DNA from: Squalus acanthias
Lineage: Eukaryota
Reading direction: 5' to 3'
Length of the DNA: 64,000 nt
Assembly (NCBI GenBank): GCA_030390025.1
Contig: CM059432.1
Coordinates: forward strand, 106,766,001 to 106,830,000
Under the pieces are notes generated by a model. The model worked only from the letters and a program-made list of their open reading frames with translations. It made no database searches and was not told the DNA's origin. This document shows positions 10,816 through 23,492 of this stretch, one piece after another. The position numbers and the translations under genes are program-made. The first letter of the stretch is position 1, and the number at the start of each line of letters is the position of its first letter.

Positions 10816-12449
10816 TTCAGGAGTATCAAACACTTAGCACAGTATTCACTCTGGACGTACAGAGGGAGAAAATGAACCAAGGCTGCCTGGAGCCCTTAAA
10901 AGCAGCTGGATAAATGACGTCAGCAGAGGCGAGTTTCAGACCCAAAAGACTAATTGGGCCAGGGGAGCGCACACGCAGGGAATCAGTTGCCCAATTAGCG
11001 CAAAATCGCAAATTTATCCCGCCTGACAGCGGAGGCGGGAGCGGGACCCGCCGACCACCTGACCTGGACCCAACCCGCCTCCATTAGTAAAATCGCGGCC
11101 AAGGTAATTGTCAAAAGAACCAGAGGTGACATGAGGAAACATTTTTTACACAATGAGTTGTTGTGATCTGGAACGCACTGCCTGAAAGGGTGGTGGAAGC
11201 AGATTCAATAGTAACATTCAAAGGAAAGTTGGATAAATGCTTGAAGGGGAAAAATTTACAGGGCTATGGAGAAAGAGCAGGGGAGTAGGATTATTGGATA
11301 GCTCTACCAAAGAGCCAGCAGAGGCACACTGGACCAAATGGACTCCTCCATGATTCTATGAAATGCTTGTAGGGACAGTGATCAATGTGCTGTTGATGTG
11401 TATTTTTAATTTAACTGGTTCTCTAAAACAGAAAAAAATACTACAGCCTATTGGAATGGATTGCATTTTTTTGTTTTGATTCTGATGATGAATTCTTCAG
11501 TGGACTTCACTGAACTAAGTCATTTTCCAGTCTTGTGGAACCTTACCAAGGCTCATTGATTCTAACATACAGATAAGCCAGTTCCCGACCAATGTCCTCC
11601 TTCATCCCTTTCAGCATCCGTGGATTTATACCAGCTGGTCCTGGGGAATTGTTAGTTTTAAGTTATTAACTCTCTCTGCCAATCTGAATTCAGAATCTGA
11701 GAAAATGCTGGGGACATTGCAGAAATTGGAATGAAAAATACAGCCACATAAATGGGCTCTCAGTTTGAGATGACCTGGATCTTCATCAAATGGTGTTACC
11801 TAGGTATAACTTTCCTAGCAATATTTGAAAACGAAGCTGATGAGTTGTTGGAATGGTCGAACCATAATACTTTATGGCCTGTCAATCTCTAGGAAAGAGG
11901 AATGTTCCTTTACGTACTCCTATTATTCACTGCTCAAAGAAGGAAAGACAACTGTTATTTTAGCCATTGGTTCGCCAAGAAAAGTGACATCTGTTGATAT
12001 TGTGGTGTCTCTACTCCTGGGAAATATGAAGGTTTTGCAGAGGATCGGTTAACTTTTCCCCAACTGGATTAAGGTTTAATTGTCATTACTTCGCTTCATG
12101 CTTACAATATAAAGTCCACAGTACGTTTTGAGCTCCCACCCCTGTGTTTGATGTTACAAAGTCGATTGATTATTAAAATTTGTGATTTAACATTTGTGAT
12201 TTGTTCATTTGTCTTGTGTTTGGTGGCATTTAACACCCTGTAATGAACAATGCAGCTCTAAATACTGATTTCCATACTGTTGCAGTCGGCACCGATCCAG
12301 ACAACACTTTTCAGTATGGAGCAGCGGCTCACATTATAGACATCAACATCCAGTACCTTGGATTCTGTATGCGCAGCTGACAGGTCAGGGGGCAGTGCTC
12401 ATCTTGGTTCCTGTGCTGCCAAAGATCCGTCTTGATGTAATTGATGTAA

Positions 12450-15400
12450 GTGGCAACTGCAATAGGTGGTCTTCTGTTGTCCACAGCAACCAAGCTCGTT
12501 CATTCAGATCAGAAAAATTACTCATCATACCTTGTGGTTCTAAAAGAAAGAAAGAAAAAAGCTGGGGGTGTCCCATTCCATCTTGGATCTCAAAATGTGG
12601 GCACATTCTTCAAGAAGGAAAAGTTTGAGATAATAACACTACCTCAGATCATTCAAGAAGTGTATTCACGTGACTGGATGGCCGCAGTAGAGCCCAAGAA
12701 TCACCATCCATTCTCATTATTCCAGGCACTTTTAGTTCAACTTTCTGCTTGTAGCTACCAGTACAAGGGGTTCATCTGCAGTCTGTCTGCTAATGTTTAA
12801 ATGGTTCACCCTCATGAAGAACTCCACTGAGGTAGTCCAAATAATCTTCCATACCTGGCCTCACTGATCAACCTATTTACATGACTGTTCACAGATTCCC
12901 ATTGTTTCTACACAACTACAGAAAACAAGTCAATATGGAGGCTAGACAGTCTTTATATCTAAAGATGAATGTTTCGTTATGTTTCTAGCGTTTTCTCTGA
13001 TCCCCAGGATTGTACAGAAAATCAGAATGAAGGACTGAGGTTCATCCTGGTATCCACTTAGTGAACTCACAAACTGGTTTTTGGGTATCCTGCTTTGAAT
13101 ACGGTTTGTCTGATTTCACTATCCCCCAAGGAAACCTGTCAGTTGTCAAGGTTTGATTGCTGGACACGTTGTTTGCCTTCTGCAAACCACCTTGTTTAGA
13201 AACATAGAAACATAGAAAATAGGTACAGGAGTAGACCATTCGGTCCTTCGAGCCTGCACCGCCATTCAATGCGTTCATGGCTGAACATGCTACCTCAGTA
13301 CCCCATTCCTGCTTTCTCGTCATACCCCTTGATCCCCTTAGTTGTGAGTGTTATATCTAACTCCCTTTTGAATATATTTAGCGAACTGGCCTCAACAACC
13401 TTCTGTGGAAGAGAATTCCATAGATTCACCACTCTCTGGGTGAAGAAGTTCCTCCTCAGCTCAGTCCTAAATGGCTTCCCCTTAATCCTTAGACTGTGAC
13501 CCCTGGTTCTAGTTTTCCCTACCATTGGGAACATTCTGCCCGCATCTAATTTGTCTAAACCAGTCAGGATTTTAAATGTCTCTATAAGATCCCCCCTCAT
13601 TCTTCTGAACTCCAGAGGATACAAGTTCAGTTGACCCAATCTTTCTTGATATGTCAGTCCGGCCATCCCAGGAATCAATCTAGTGAACCTTCGCTGCACT
13701 CCCTCAATAGCAAGAATGTCCTTCCTTAAGTTAGGAGACCAAAACTGCGCACAATACTCCAGGTGTGGCCTCACCAAGGCCCTGTACAACTGTAGCATCA
13801 CCTCCCTACTCCTGTACTCAAATCCCCTTGCTATGAAGGCCATCATTCCGTTTGCTTTCTTGACTGCCTGCTGCACTTGCATTCCCACCTTCAGTGACTG
13901 ATGTACCATGACGCCCAGGTCTCGTTGCACGTCCCCTTTCCCTAATCTGCCACCATTCAGGTAATAGTCCGCCTCTCTATTTTTACCACCAAAGTGGATA
14001 ACCTCACATTTATCCACATTGTACTTCATCTGCCATACATTTGCCCATTCACCCAACCTGTCCAAGTCACTCTGTAGCCTCCTAGCATCTTCCTCATTGT
14101 TCACACTGCCTCCCAATTTAGTGTCATCCGCAAATTTGGAGATATTACATTTAATCCCTTCGTCCAAATCATTAATATATAATGTAAACAGCTGGGGTCC
14201 CAGCACCGAACCCTGCGGTACCCCGCTGGTCACTGTCTGCCATTCTGAAAAGTACCCATTTACTCCTACTCTTTGTTTCCTGTGTGCCAACCAGTTCTCA
14301 ATCCACGTCAACACATTACCCCCAATCCCATGTGCTTTAACTTTGCTCACCAATCTCTTGTGTGGGACCTTGTCGAAGGCCTTCTGAAAGTCCAAATACA
14401 CCACATCTACTGGTTCCCCCCTGTCCACCCTATTGGAAACATCCTCAAAAAATTCCAGAAGATTTGTCAAGCATGATTTCCCTTTCACAAATCCATGCTG
14501 ACTTGGACCTATCATGTCGCCACTTTCCAAATGGTCTGTTATGACATCTTTAATAATTGCTTCCATCATTTTACCCACAACCGATGTCAGGCTGACCGGT
14601 CTATAATTCCCTGCTTTCTCCCTCCCTCCTTTTTTAAAAAGAGGGGTTACATTAGCCACCCTCCACTCCATCGGAACTGATCCAGAGTCGAAGGAATGTT
14701 GGAAAATGATCGTCAATGCATCCACTATTTCCAAGGCCACCTCCTTAAGTACTCTGGGATGCAGACCATCAGGCCCCGGGGATTTTTCAGCCTTCAGTCC
14801 CATCAATTTCCCCAATACCTTTTCCCGACTAATAAGGATTTCCCTCAGCTCCTCCCTCTTACCAGATCCTCTGACCCCTTTTATTTCCGGCAGGTTGTGT
14901 GTGTCCTCCACAGTAAACACCGAACCAAAGTACTTGTTCAATTGATCTGCCATTTCCTTGTTCCCCATTACGACTTCCCCTGTTTCCGACTGCAGGGGAC
15001 CTACGTTTGTTTTTACTAACCTCTTTCTTTTTACATATTTATAGAAGCTTTTGCAGTCCATTTTAATGTTCTCTGCAAGCTTCCTTTCATATTTTATTTT
15101 CCCTGCCCTAATCAAACCCTTCGTCCTCCTCTGCTGAGTTTTGAAGTTCTCACAGTCCCCGGGTTTGCTGCTACTTCTGGCCAATTTGTATGCAACTTCC
15201 TTGGTTTTAATACTATCCCTGATTTCCCTTGTTAGCCATGGTTGAGCCACCTTCCCTTTTTTATTTTTACGCCAGACCGGGATGTACAATTGTTGTAGTT
15301 CATCCATGCAATCTCTAAATGTCTGCCATTGCCCTTCCACTGATAGCCCCTTAAATATCGCTTGCCAATTGTTTGTCTTCTGCAAACCATTCACGAGCTA

Positions 15401-15870
15401 CGCTTACAGTGTGAATTTGTGCAGTGATGTTCTTGTAAACCATCAGTCTTGTATCTTCCATTTTTGAGAACCTGAAATATCATCTTAAACTGTGACTGAA
15501 ATCCAACTCCATCCATGTCCATCTCACTGCACTTTGTCTTCCAGGACCCTCTTGCACTAGGTTTGTGAGGAGACCATCTCTTATTTCATGAAGGCCACCT
15601 GGAAGTTAAAACCCATTTGATCACCACTCAATTTTCTAATCTCTTAGCGCTTCAGAACTTTTGTCATGGACGGATGCACTTTTGTGCTCTGGTTTCAGCT
15701 CACTAGATTGGTGAGATACAAACAGTCATTGATTAGCCTCACTTAATTTGTCGATGTAATTCAGCAGGCTTAGGGCACACTTTGGTTTCCTGTTGAAGTT
15801 AGTGTCCCATTTTCAGTTGGGGCAAGAAGCTGCAATCTTTTTGTTTTATCTACCCTGTTAAGATTTTGAA
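12450..15870 (+). mobile_element. Decayed DIRS-like retrotransposon relic (RT region), interrupted by the CR1 at 13197-15368
   Basis: ORF 12450..12800 (YSSYLVVLK..GG; KFEIITLPQII..DWMAAV; YQYK) resembles the DIRS RT pattern YSRYFLVPK-DGG..KFKM-TL..DW..YQYK. The downstream extent is uncertain. Confidence 0.5.
13197..15368 (-). mobile_element. Young 5'-truncated CR1 with an intact ~690-codon ORF2 segment (complete RT domain)
   Basis: ORF 13295..15394 has no stops ([25 protein letters not shown]). (TTCTATGT)n tail at 13197-13220. Confidence 0.95.
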
Positions 15871-16065
15871 CTGAAATGCCATTTCCACAATGAGAATTAT
15901 TCTATATATACACCATTCCAAATCCCTCTGTAGGATCCAACAATTTTTTTTTGCCAATCTTGCCAATTTTCTCCCCTCCCTGATTCTCTTGGAGGGGTTG
16001 ACTCCCTGTTGGGTATGGTTTCACAGGCTTTTGGGTATGATTATTCTCCATCACTATGCTAAAAT

Positions 16066-16507
16066 GGTGTCCACCTTGGCTCAGTGGTAGTACTGTCGGC
16101 TCTGAGTCAGAAGGTTGTAGGTTCAAGTCCCATTCCACAGACTTGACTACATAATCTAGGTTGACACTTCAGTGCAGTACTGAGGGAGTGCTGCACTGTT
16201 GGAGTTGTCTAAGACGACGTTAAACTGAGGCCCTCAGGTGGACATAAAAGATCCCATGGCACTTTTCAAAGAAGAGCAGGGGAGTTGCCCCCAGTGTCCT
16301 GGCCAACATTTATCCCTCAACCAACACCTAAAGTAACAGATGGTCTGATCATTTAATTCATTGCTGTTTGTGGGATCTTGCTGTGTACATTTCCTACATT
16401 ACAACAGTAACTATATATTTTTTTAAAGCACTTCATTGGCTGTAAAATGCTTTGGGATGTCCTGAGGTCGTGAATAGCCCCATATAAATGCAAGTCTCTT
16501 TTTTTTC
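16066..16507 (+). mobile_element. Full-length tRNA-headed Deu-SINE (SacSINE1-like)
   Basis: A box TGGCTCAGTGG, B box GGTTCAAGTCC, central gatcccatggcac...gaagagcagggg domain, L2-like tail. Confidence 0.85.
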
Positions 16508-17043
16508 AAATGGCCATTATTGATGTGTGAGCCTCGACGTTGAGTATTGATGGGATTATTTAACTGTGGGGAATCATAGTTGAGCTGATACTGACCTGGA
16601 GCAGGAATTCTGGCCAATTTTCTCTTTTCTAACTCAGGGCTGTTGAGTCTAATTTTAGCAGACTTGATATCCGCTAACTCAACACAGATCAGGGATTGAG
16701 CCAGGGACTTTTGTGGTCTATATGACTCACTGAATAAACTTTTTGAGTCATTCGAAGGACCGTTATTTTTAAATTATGGTCTCCAAGTGCTCTGGAAATC
16801 AATCTCCAATCAGGGACTAGCCAACTGGCTACTTGAATGTATTTTCCAGTGTTATCTTTTCTCTGGCAGGAAATGCTCTGGTTCTGGAAAAGGTAATTCT
16901 GCCCACTCCAAGGATACCATGTGACCATTTAAAACGTATATTCATAATTAATATCCATAATGCTTCTTGGAGCTATCCATTCACCATTGCCAAGCATTAC
17001 TGTTGGTACTTCACAGCTACCTTTGCTCCATCTGTTTTAGGGA

Positions 17044-18633
17044 TTTTTTTTCATTCATTCATGGGATGTGGGCGTCGCTGGCAAGGCTAGCATTTATTGC
17101 CCATCCCTAATAGCCTTTGAGAAGATGGTGGTGAGCTGCCTTCTTGAACCGCTGCAGTCCGTGTGGTGAAGGTACTCCCACAGTGCTGTTGGGTAGTGAT
17201 TTCCAGGATTTTGACCCAGTGACGATGAAGGAACGGTGATATGTTTCCAAGTCAGGATGGTGTGGGAGTTGGAGGGGAACTTGGAGGTGGTGGTGTTCCC
17301 ATGCGCCTGCTGCCCCTTCTAGGTGGTAAAGGTCGTGGGTTTGGGAGCTGTTGTCGAAGAAGCCTTGGCGAGTTGCGGTAGTGCATCTTCGAGATGGAGC
17401 ACACTGCAGACACGGTGCGTCGGTGGTGGAGGGAGTTAATGTTTAAGGTGGTGGCTGGGGTGCCAATCAAACGGACTGCTTTGTCCTGGATGGTGTCAAG
17501 CTTCTTGAGTGGTGTTGGGGCTGCACTCATCCAGGCAAGTGGAGAGTATTCCATCACACTCCTGGCTTGTGCCTTGTAGATGGTGAAAAGGCTTTGGGGA
17601 GTCAGGAGGTTAGTCACTCATCGCAGAATACCCAGCCTCTGACCTGCTCTTGTTGCCACAGTATTTATATGGCTGGTCCAGTTAAGTTTCTGGTGAATGG
17701 TGACACCCAGGATGTTGATGGTGGGGGTTTCGGTGATGGTAATGCCGTTGAATGTCGAGGGGTGGTGGTTAGACGCTCTCTTGTTGGAGATAGTCATTGC
17801 CTGGCACTTGTGTGGCGCGAATGTTACTTGCCACTTATCAGCCCAAGCCTGAATGTCGTCCAGGTCTTGCTGCATGTGGGCGTGGATTGCTTCATTATTT
17901 GAGGAGTTGCGAATGGAACTGAACAGTGTGCAATCATCAGCGAACATCCCCACTTCTGACCTTATGATGGAGGGAAAGCCATTGACGAAGCAGCTGAAGA
18001 TGGTTGGGCCTAGGACACTGCCCTGAGGAACTCCTGCAGCGATGTCCTGGGGCTGAGATGATTGGCCTCCCAACAACCAAAACCATTTTCCTTTGTGCTA
18101 GGTATGACTTTAGCAAGTGGAGAGTTTGCCCCCTGATTCCCATTGACTTCAGTTTTACTAGGGCTCCCTTAATGCCACACTCTGTCAAATGCTGCCTTGA
18201 TGCCAGGGGCAGTCACTCTCACCTCACCTCTGGAATTCAGCTCTTTTGTCCATTTTTGGACCAAGGCTGGAATGAGGTTAGGAGCTGAGTGGTCCTGGTG
18301 GCATTCAAACTGAGCATCGGTGAGCAGGTTATTAGCAAGTAAGTACTGCTTTATAGCACTGTCGACGACACCTTCCTTCACTTTGTTGATGATTGAGAGT
18401 AGACTGATGGAGCGGTAATTGGCCGGATTGGATTTGTCCTGCTTTTTGTGAACAGGACTTACTTGGGCAATCTTCCACTTTGCTGGGTAGATGCCAGTAT
18501 TGTAGCTGTACTGGAACAGCTTGGCTAGAGGCACGGCTATTTCTGGAGCACAAGTCTTCAGCACGACAGCCGGGATGTTGCCGGGACCCATAGCCTTTGC
18601 TGTATCCAGTGCGCTCAGCCGTTTCTTGATATC
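17044..18633 (-). mobile_element. LINE family X (CR1/L2-group, distinct from the vertebrate CR1s), 5'-truncated and disrupted
   Basis: RT motifs [24 protein letters not shown] and MFADD across ORFs 18169, 17618 and 17252. Tail (GAAT)n-A. Confidence 0.9.
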
Positions 18634-19765
18634 TCCTCCAGCCTAGTACTATCCAATGGTGTGTTTAAAATAATGTGTGTAAATATATTTTTGCCATTTA
18701 CCCCCACATGAAATGTAAACCTTAACCTCTCAGGCAGTCTCTTAATCCTTTAATTTCTTTTACAGTTTATCTTTAAACAATATAAAATTGTTTTGATGAG
18801 GCTAACTTGGAAACCAATTTGTATATTTTTTTAATCATACGTTGAATGTTGTGAAATGGTTCCCTGGTATTAACTGTTTTGAAGTATTGACTTTTAAATT
18901 GTCAATAGTCAAGGTAAATGTGTGTTTTTGCACTGATTTAAACTGATTATATTTTTTATAGGTCTTGGCTGTGACTGCTTCAAGATCTCCCCTCTCTCTC
19001 TGAGGTCTTTAATCACTACGTTCTCCCCTACTGCAGTCCTGTCTTTTTATCAAATCGTTACTGTCCTTACCCACTATAATTTCTGCTTCTCTTTGTTCTT
19101 ACTACCCAGGCATCTGTTGACACCATTCCCACATTCTGCTCCAACTGCATCTGATATCTTGCATAGCTGTGACCATTCTGTTTGTTTTGTAATTACGTCC
19201 AATTTTGCATACGTTACATTGACGTTCACTTCTAATGTTTTAAGTTGAAATGAGGGAAATTTGATGTCTGTAAAATATAATTTAATATTCCTCTGTACTA
19301 TTTCTTTGGGGGATTAGGTTTTATGTAGCCTTTAAAAGAATGGCACATTATTTTAACACAGTTGTTCATATTTAATTTATATGTATTGTGTTTATTATAC
19401 TTTAAAAAATGTTGTCAGTCTAGGAAATTTTAAATTGTCTAATTATTTGGTCACTGTAGGGAGCAAGCATCAGTTCTTGGCTGAAGCACCAAGACGTTAT
19501 TGGAATGCTCTATTTTTGGGGGGGTGGGGGGAGTGGGGGTGGGAAAGAGGTGTTGAAGTGAAAGCTTCCTCCTCCATATTACACACCTCCAATGGCTTGG
19601 CCTGAAAATATAATTGCTGATGCCATGGCTAACATCCATCTTGAAGGAGGTTGTGTTAGAGAGTGGCTTTGAAGGACGGATTTGTGTATAAAACTGATAT
19701 TTTTTTCAAACTCCTTCTGTTGTTACAATTACTAACTATGTATTACATTTTTGTTTGTATTTCAG

Positions 19766-19799
19766 ACTGCTTTTTTCAGCTGTGTGAACAGAAATGAGA
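19766..19799 (+). CDS. RECK: RECK micro-exon (approx. exon 7), 34 nt: TAFFSCVNRNE+A
   Basis: tttcAG acceptor at 19764-19765 and GTAAGG donor at 19800. Matches RECK NALFSCISRNE. The final A joins TG of the next exon to give Met. Confidence 0.92.
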
Positions 19800-20596
19800 G
19801 TAAGGTCATTTTTTCCCCCTAAAAACCAGGAAGTCATGCTGATGAATGCAATACTCAATTATTTCAATATTTCTTTAAATATATTAAAGTGGAATGTGTA
19901 CAAGTGGTGATGTAGTTAATTAAGTAACACGCAAAGCCAATAGTAGATAAATTCTTTGATGTCAAATCTAATTCAAGAGTAATGATTAAACATTGTAGAA
20001 GGTGGTATAGAGAAGACAGATTATGTGATGAAGAGGCAGAAGTGCTGAGTTTGTAAAGAGAGAAAATGTAAAATTTAATAAAATATGAAAGGATAAAAAG
20101 GAACCTAGATCTTGCCCTGATTATGTAAATCATCAGAGGGAAAATCTCAGGAGGTGTAAAACAGCCCTGTAAATCAGGAGACTATAATGGATTTTGAACT
20201 GAATTAATATTGGAGGTTCAGTTGAGGTGGGCTTTGTACCACTTTGTTCAGTTGGAGAAAACCTATCGAACTCTTCTTTATTTTCTCAGTCGCTGTCCAG
20301 CACGTCATTCGCTTGTATCATACCTGCATACAGTATAACTGTAGCACTAATGAATCTCTCCTCTCTACTGTTCAGTTGTAATGCAGAGGTGTTTAACGAA
20401 GACTGGATGGCAAGTGCAAACTATTATCTTGCCTTTGAAATCATAATGATGTTTTCTGAGTAATACTGCTCAATGTACTGAGCTGTGAAGCATCATGGTT
20501 TTGTTGCAGCCCTAGTTCAAATATCATTGAACAAATGAAGAATATAAGGATGTTTAGACTGATCCTGAATTATCATTTGCTTTTGTTATATTACAG

Positions 20597-20794
20597 TGGG
20601 ATCCCTGTGTTGCAGCTATGCAGGCCGACACACAAACTGTAGAGAATATTGCCAAGCTATTTTTGGCACAGATTCTTCTCCCACACAGTCACAGATTAAA
20701 GCTGTAGAAAACTATTGTGCCTCCATCAGCCCACAGCTTATTCAATGTGTTGACAACTACACACACTCATATCCAATGAAAAATCCCATTGACA
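20597..20794 (+). CDS. RECK: RECK exon (approx. exon 8), 198 nt: (M)GSLCCSYAGRHTNCREYCQAIF...YPMKNPID
   Basis: ttacAG acceptor, GTAAGT donor at 20795, phase 1/1. ORF 20596..20802 is clearly a RECK CC repeat. Confidence 0.97.
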
Positions 20795-20919
20795 GTAAGT
20801 AAGAATCTTTTAAACTATTTCAGTTCTTACAGCAGATGCCCTCTACTGATAGTCACTTATAACTGCCGATGTTATGGTAAAAGGCATGGATGCCTTTGTT
20901 ACCAACATAGAGACTCTCT

Positions 20920-22190
20920 GTTCAGCTGTCTCTGCTGCTTCCCCTCTTCCCCTTTCCAAAAAGCTAGGTAGCCCCCTATCCTTTCCCTGAACCCCTGTCT
21001 ATCTCTAGTTTCTCTCCCCTCTCCTCCCATGGCCTCTTCAAACTCATCTCATGGATGAGACACACCTTCTTCTTTGACCCCATTTCCATTAAACTGCCAA
21101 ACACCAAGCTTCCATTGCTGACCATTATGTCAGTTGACATTGTAAATGGTTTTCTCCTCTTGAGCCACTGTCTTCCTCCCTTTCAAAACCACCATCATCT
21201 CCCCTTCCCCAAAGATCCCCTCTTCTACTTCTGTCCTTGCAATTTACCATCCCATCTCCAACTTCCCTTTCCTCTTCTTGAACATGTTGTCACCTCCCAG
21301 ATTGGTGCTCATCTCTTCTGCAACTTCTTGTTTGAATCCTTCCAACTAGGTTTCCATCCCTCCTACAGCACTGAAACAGCCTTAGCCAAAGTCATGAATG
21401 ACATTTTCTGTGACTGTGACCATGGTGCATAACCCCTCTTTGATCTCTCTGTATCCTTTGATATAGTCGATCACACACTTCTCTTCCTACATATCCTCTG
21501 TTGTCCAGCTCAATAGGACTCCCCTCATTTGGTTCCACTCTTACCTGCCTGATTGTAGCAAGAGGCAACTGATTCCTATTCCCATCCCAGCACTGTCACC
21601 TCGAGAGTCCCCCAAGTTTTCATCCTTGGCCCCTTCCACTTCCTCATCAACATGCTGCCCCTTCGTGACATCATCCACAGACATTGGGTCTCCACATGTA
21701 TGTTGACAACATCTACCTCTGTTTCTCCACCACCTTTCTCAATTGCTCCACTAAATGTGCCATCAGACTGCTTGTCCAACATCCGGTCATAGATAAACTA
21801 TAATTTCTTCCAGATTTATATTACAAAGACCAAAGTTATTGTCTTCACCCCTGCCACAAACTCCATACCCTTGCCACCATCCTAACTCCTGGACACTGTC
21901 TCAGGCTGAACCAGACTTTCAGCAACCTTGGCATCTTGTTTGACCCCCAAGCTGAGATTTGACCCTATTATAATCCTCTCCATCACAAAGATTTCCTCCG
22001 TAACATCACCCGCCTTCGTCCCTAACTCAGCCCATCTGCAGCTGAAACCCTCATCCATGCCTTTGTTGCCTCTAGACTCAAATATTCCAATGTTCTCCTG
22101 GCCAGCATCCCATCTTCCAGCCTCCGTAAGCTTCAGCTAATCTAAAACTCTGCTGCCCATTACCTTTTTCTTTGCTGACCTACGTTGTTT
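20920..22190 (+). mobile_element. Decayed L2 LINE
   Basis: FESFQLGFHPSYSTETALAKV motif, colinear with the L2 at 56029-58515. Confidence 0.8.
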
Positions 22191-23492
22191 CAGCTGAAGG
22201 TGAGCTGAAGCCTCAGGGCATGGCTGGCATTTTGATACTGTTCAGGAGTAGCAATGTTCTTTTTTCCTGCAGATTGTAAATTCTTTTGCAGGTTAATGTA
22301 ATGCAGGATAAACATGTAGCTTATGAGGCATATTGAAAACAGTTCTTCCTCTTTGTTTGGCGCTCCTAGGCATGTAAGAGAATGGCTTCCTTTAGTCCAA
22401 TGTAGGATTAGGACCTAGCAGTGAAGTGGAGTCATGGTGAAAAAAGGGAAACATTTGGAGGGAAGGAGGGAGGGCTCAGAAGCTCTTCCCACCTGTCACT
22501 CGACTCCCTGGAAGGAAACGCTGCCTTGGAGTTGGATGTCAAGAACATCAAGGTGGTTGACATGTCTCAAGCGAAGGCTGATGTCTGTTACAAATCTGAT
22601 AAGCAAACTGATGTTTGTGAAAGATGTTTCCTGGAGGCTGGGTATGCGAATACGCTAATATATTCAGTGTTTGGATGCAGAGAAGCAAGGAGTTGCTGCT
22701 GAAGCTCTGCACTTTCAATTAGTGGAACTACCATTTGATGTGCCATGGTATCTGTCCATGCTATGATCATGAAGATGGTGGTAATGTACTTGCACGTTTT
22801 ATGTTGACTATGCTGGTCATTTGGACTGTTGATAGGACTTCCCAGCACCTGCTATTTGCCTAGCGAGTGCTCGAACCTGCTTTTGTCAGTTGATTAATGA
22901 CTAGCGAGTGATTACTCCCCTTAGGAGGAGTTGGGAGGTAGCAGAATCTCTTTTGGTGTCAAGTTGGCTTGGAAATGACACAGTTATCGTAGATTGGTAT
23001 GGAAGCCTTGCATTTAGACAGCGCCTTATCGTGCAAAGCACTTTACACCCAATTAATTATTTTGAAGTAAGCAATCGAATCAATGCCAAGTGGAAGAGAA
23101 CCCAATTCAATACTTGAGCCAGAGTACTCCAGACAGCTGTTAACGATTGACCAGCTAGCCTAGGTCATTGATCAGACCTGGAGGAGTACACCTGTCACTG
23201 GTGTCAGCCTTGGCTCTGGTAGAACTCCCCTATAAGTCAGTAGGTCGTGGGTTCAAGTCTCACTTCAGAGATGAGCATATAATCTAGGTTGGCACTTCTG
23301 TACAGTACTGAGGGTGTACTGCACTGTTAGAAGTGCTGTCATAGAGTCATAACAGCACAGAAGGAGGCCATTCGGCCTATCGTTTCCGTGCCGGCTCTCT
23401 GTAGAACAATCCAGTCAGTCCCCCCGCTCTATCTCCGTAGCCCTGCAAGTTTATTTCCCTCAAGTGCCTATCCAGTCTCCCCTTGAAAACAG

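Larger units (their letters stand above)
7049..11100 (+). mobile_element. Full-length PIF/Harbinger DNA transposon (defective)
   Basis: Imperfect TIRs GGGCTTGATTTTAC / GTAAAATCGCGGCC and a 3-bp TSD AAG (7046-7048, 11101-11103). Convergent DDE nuclease and Myb/SANT genes. Confidence 0.92.
5484..11360 (+). mobile_element. Older 5'-truncated CR1 (family A) split into 5484-5618, 6883-7048 and 11104-11360 by two insertions
   Basis: LEYCVQFWAPHFRKDV...RFTRMIPRM resumes as RDFSYVEE at 6883, and cacagatttAAG|gtaattg rejoins across the Harbinger. Ends with a gattctatg tail. Confidence 0.88.

Noticed and set aside
14019..14387. Recurrent antisense ORFs over CR1 RT regions (also 46826, 5907, 62805)
   Set aside because: They are shadows of the sense codon pattern, and they recur only because the elements are homologous.
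16066..16140. tRNA gene (also at 23200 and 40317)
   Set aside because: The A/B boxes run directly into SINE bodies, with no complete cloverleaf or terminator.
20795..20802. Short secreted RECK isoform by intron read-through (AGT AAG TAA)
   Set aside because: An in-frame stop after a GTAAGT donor is commonplace, and no nearby poly(A) signal or alternative last exon could be supported.
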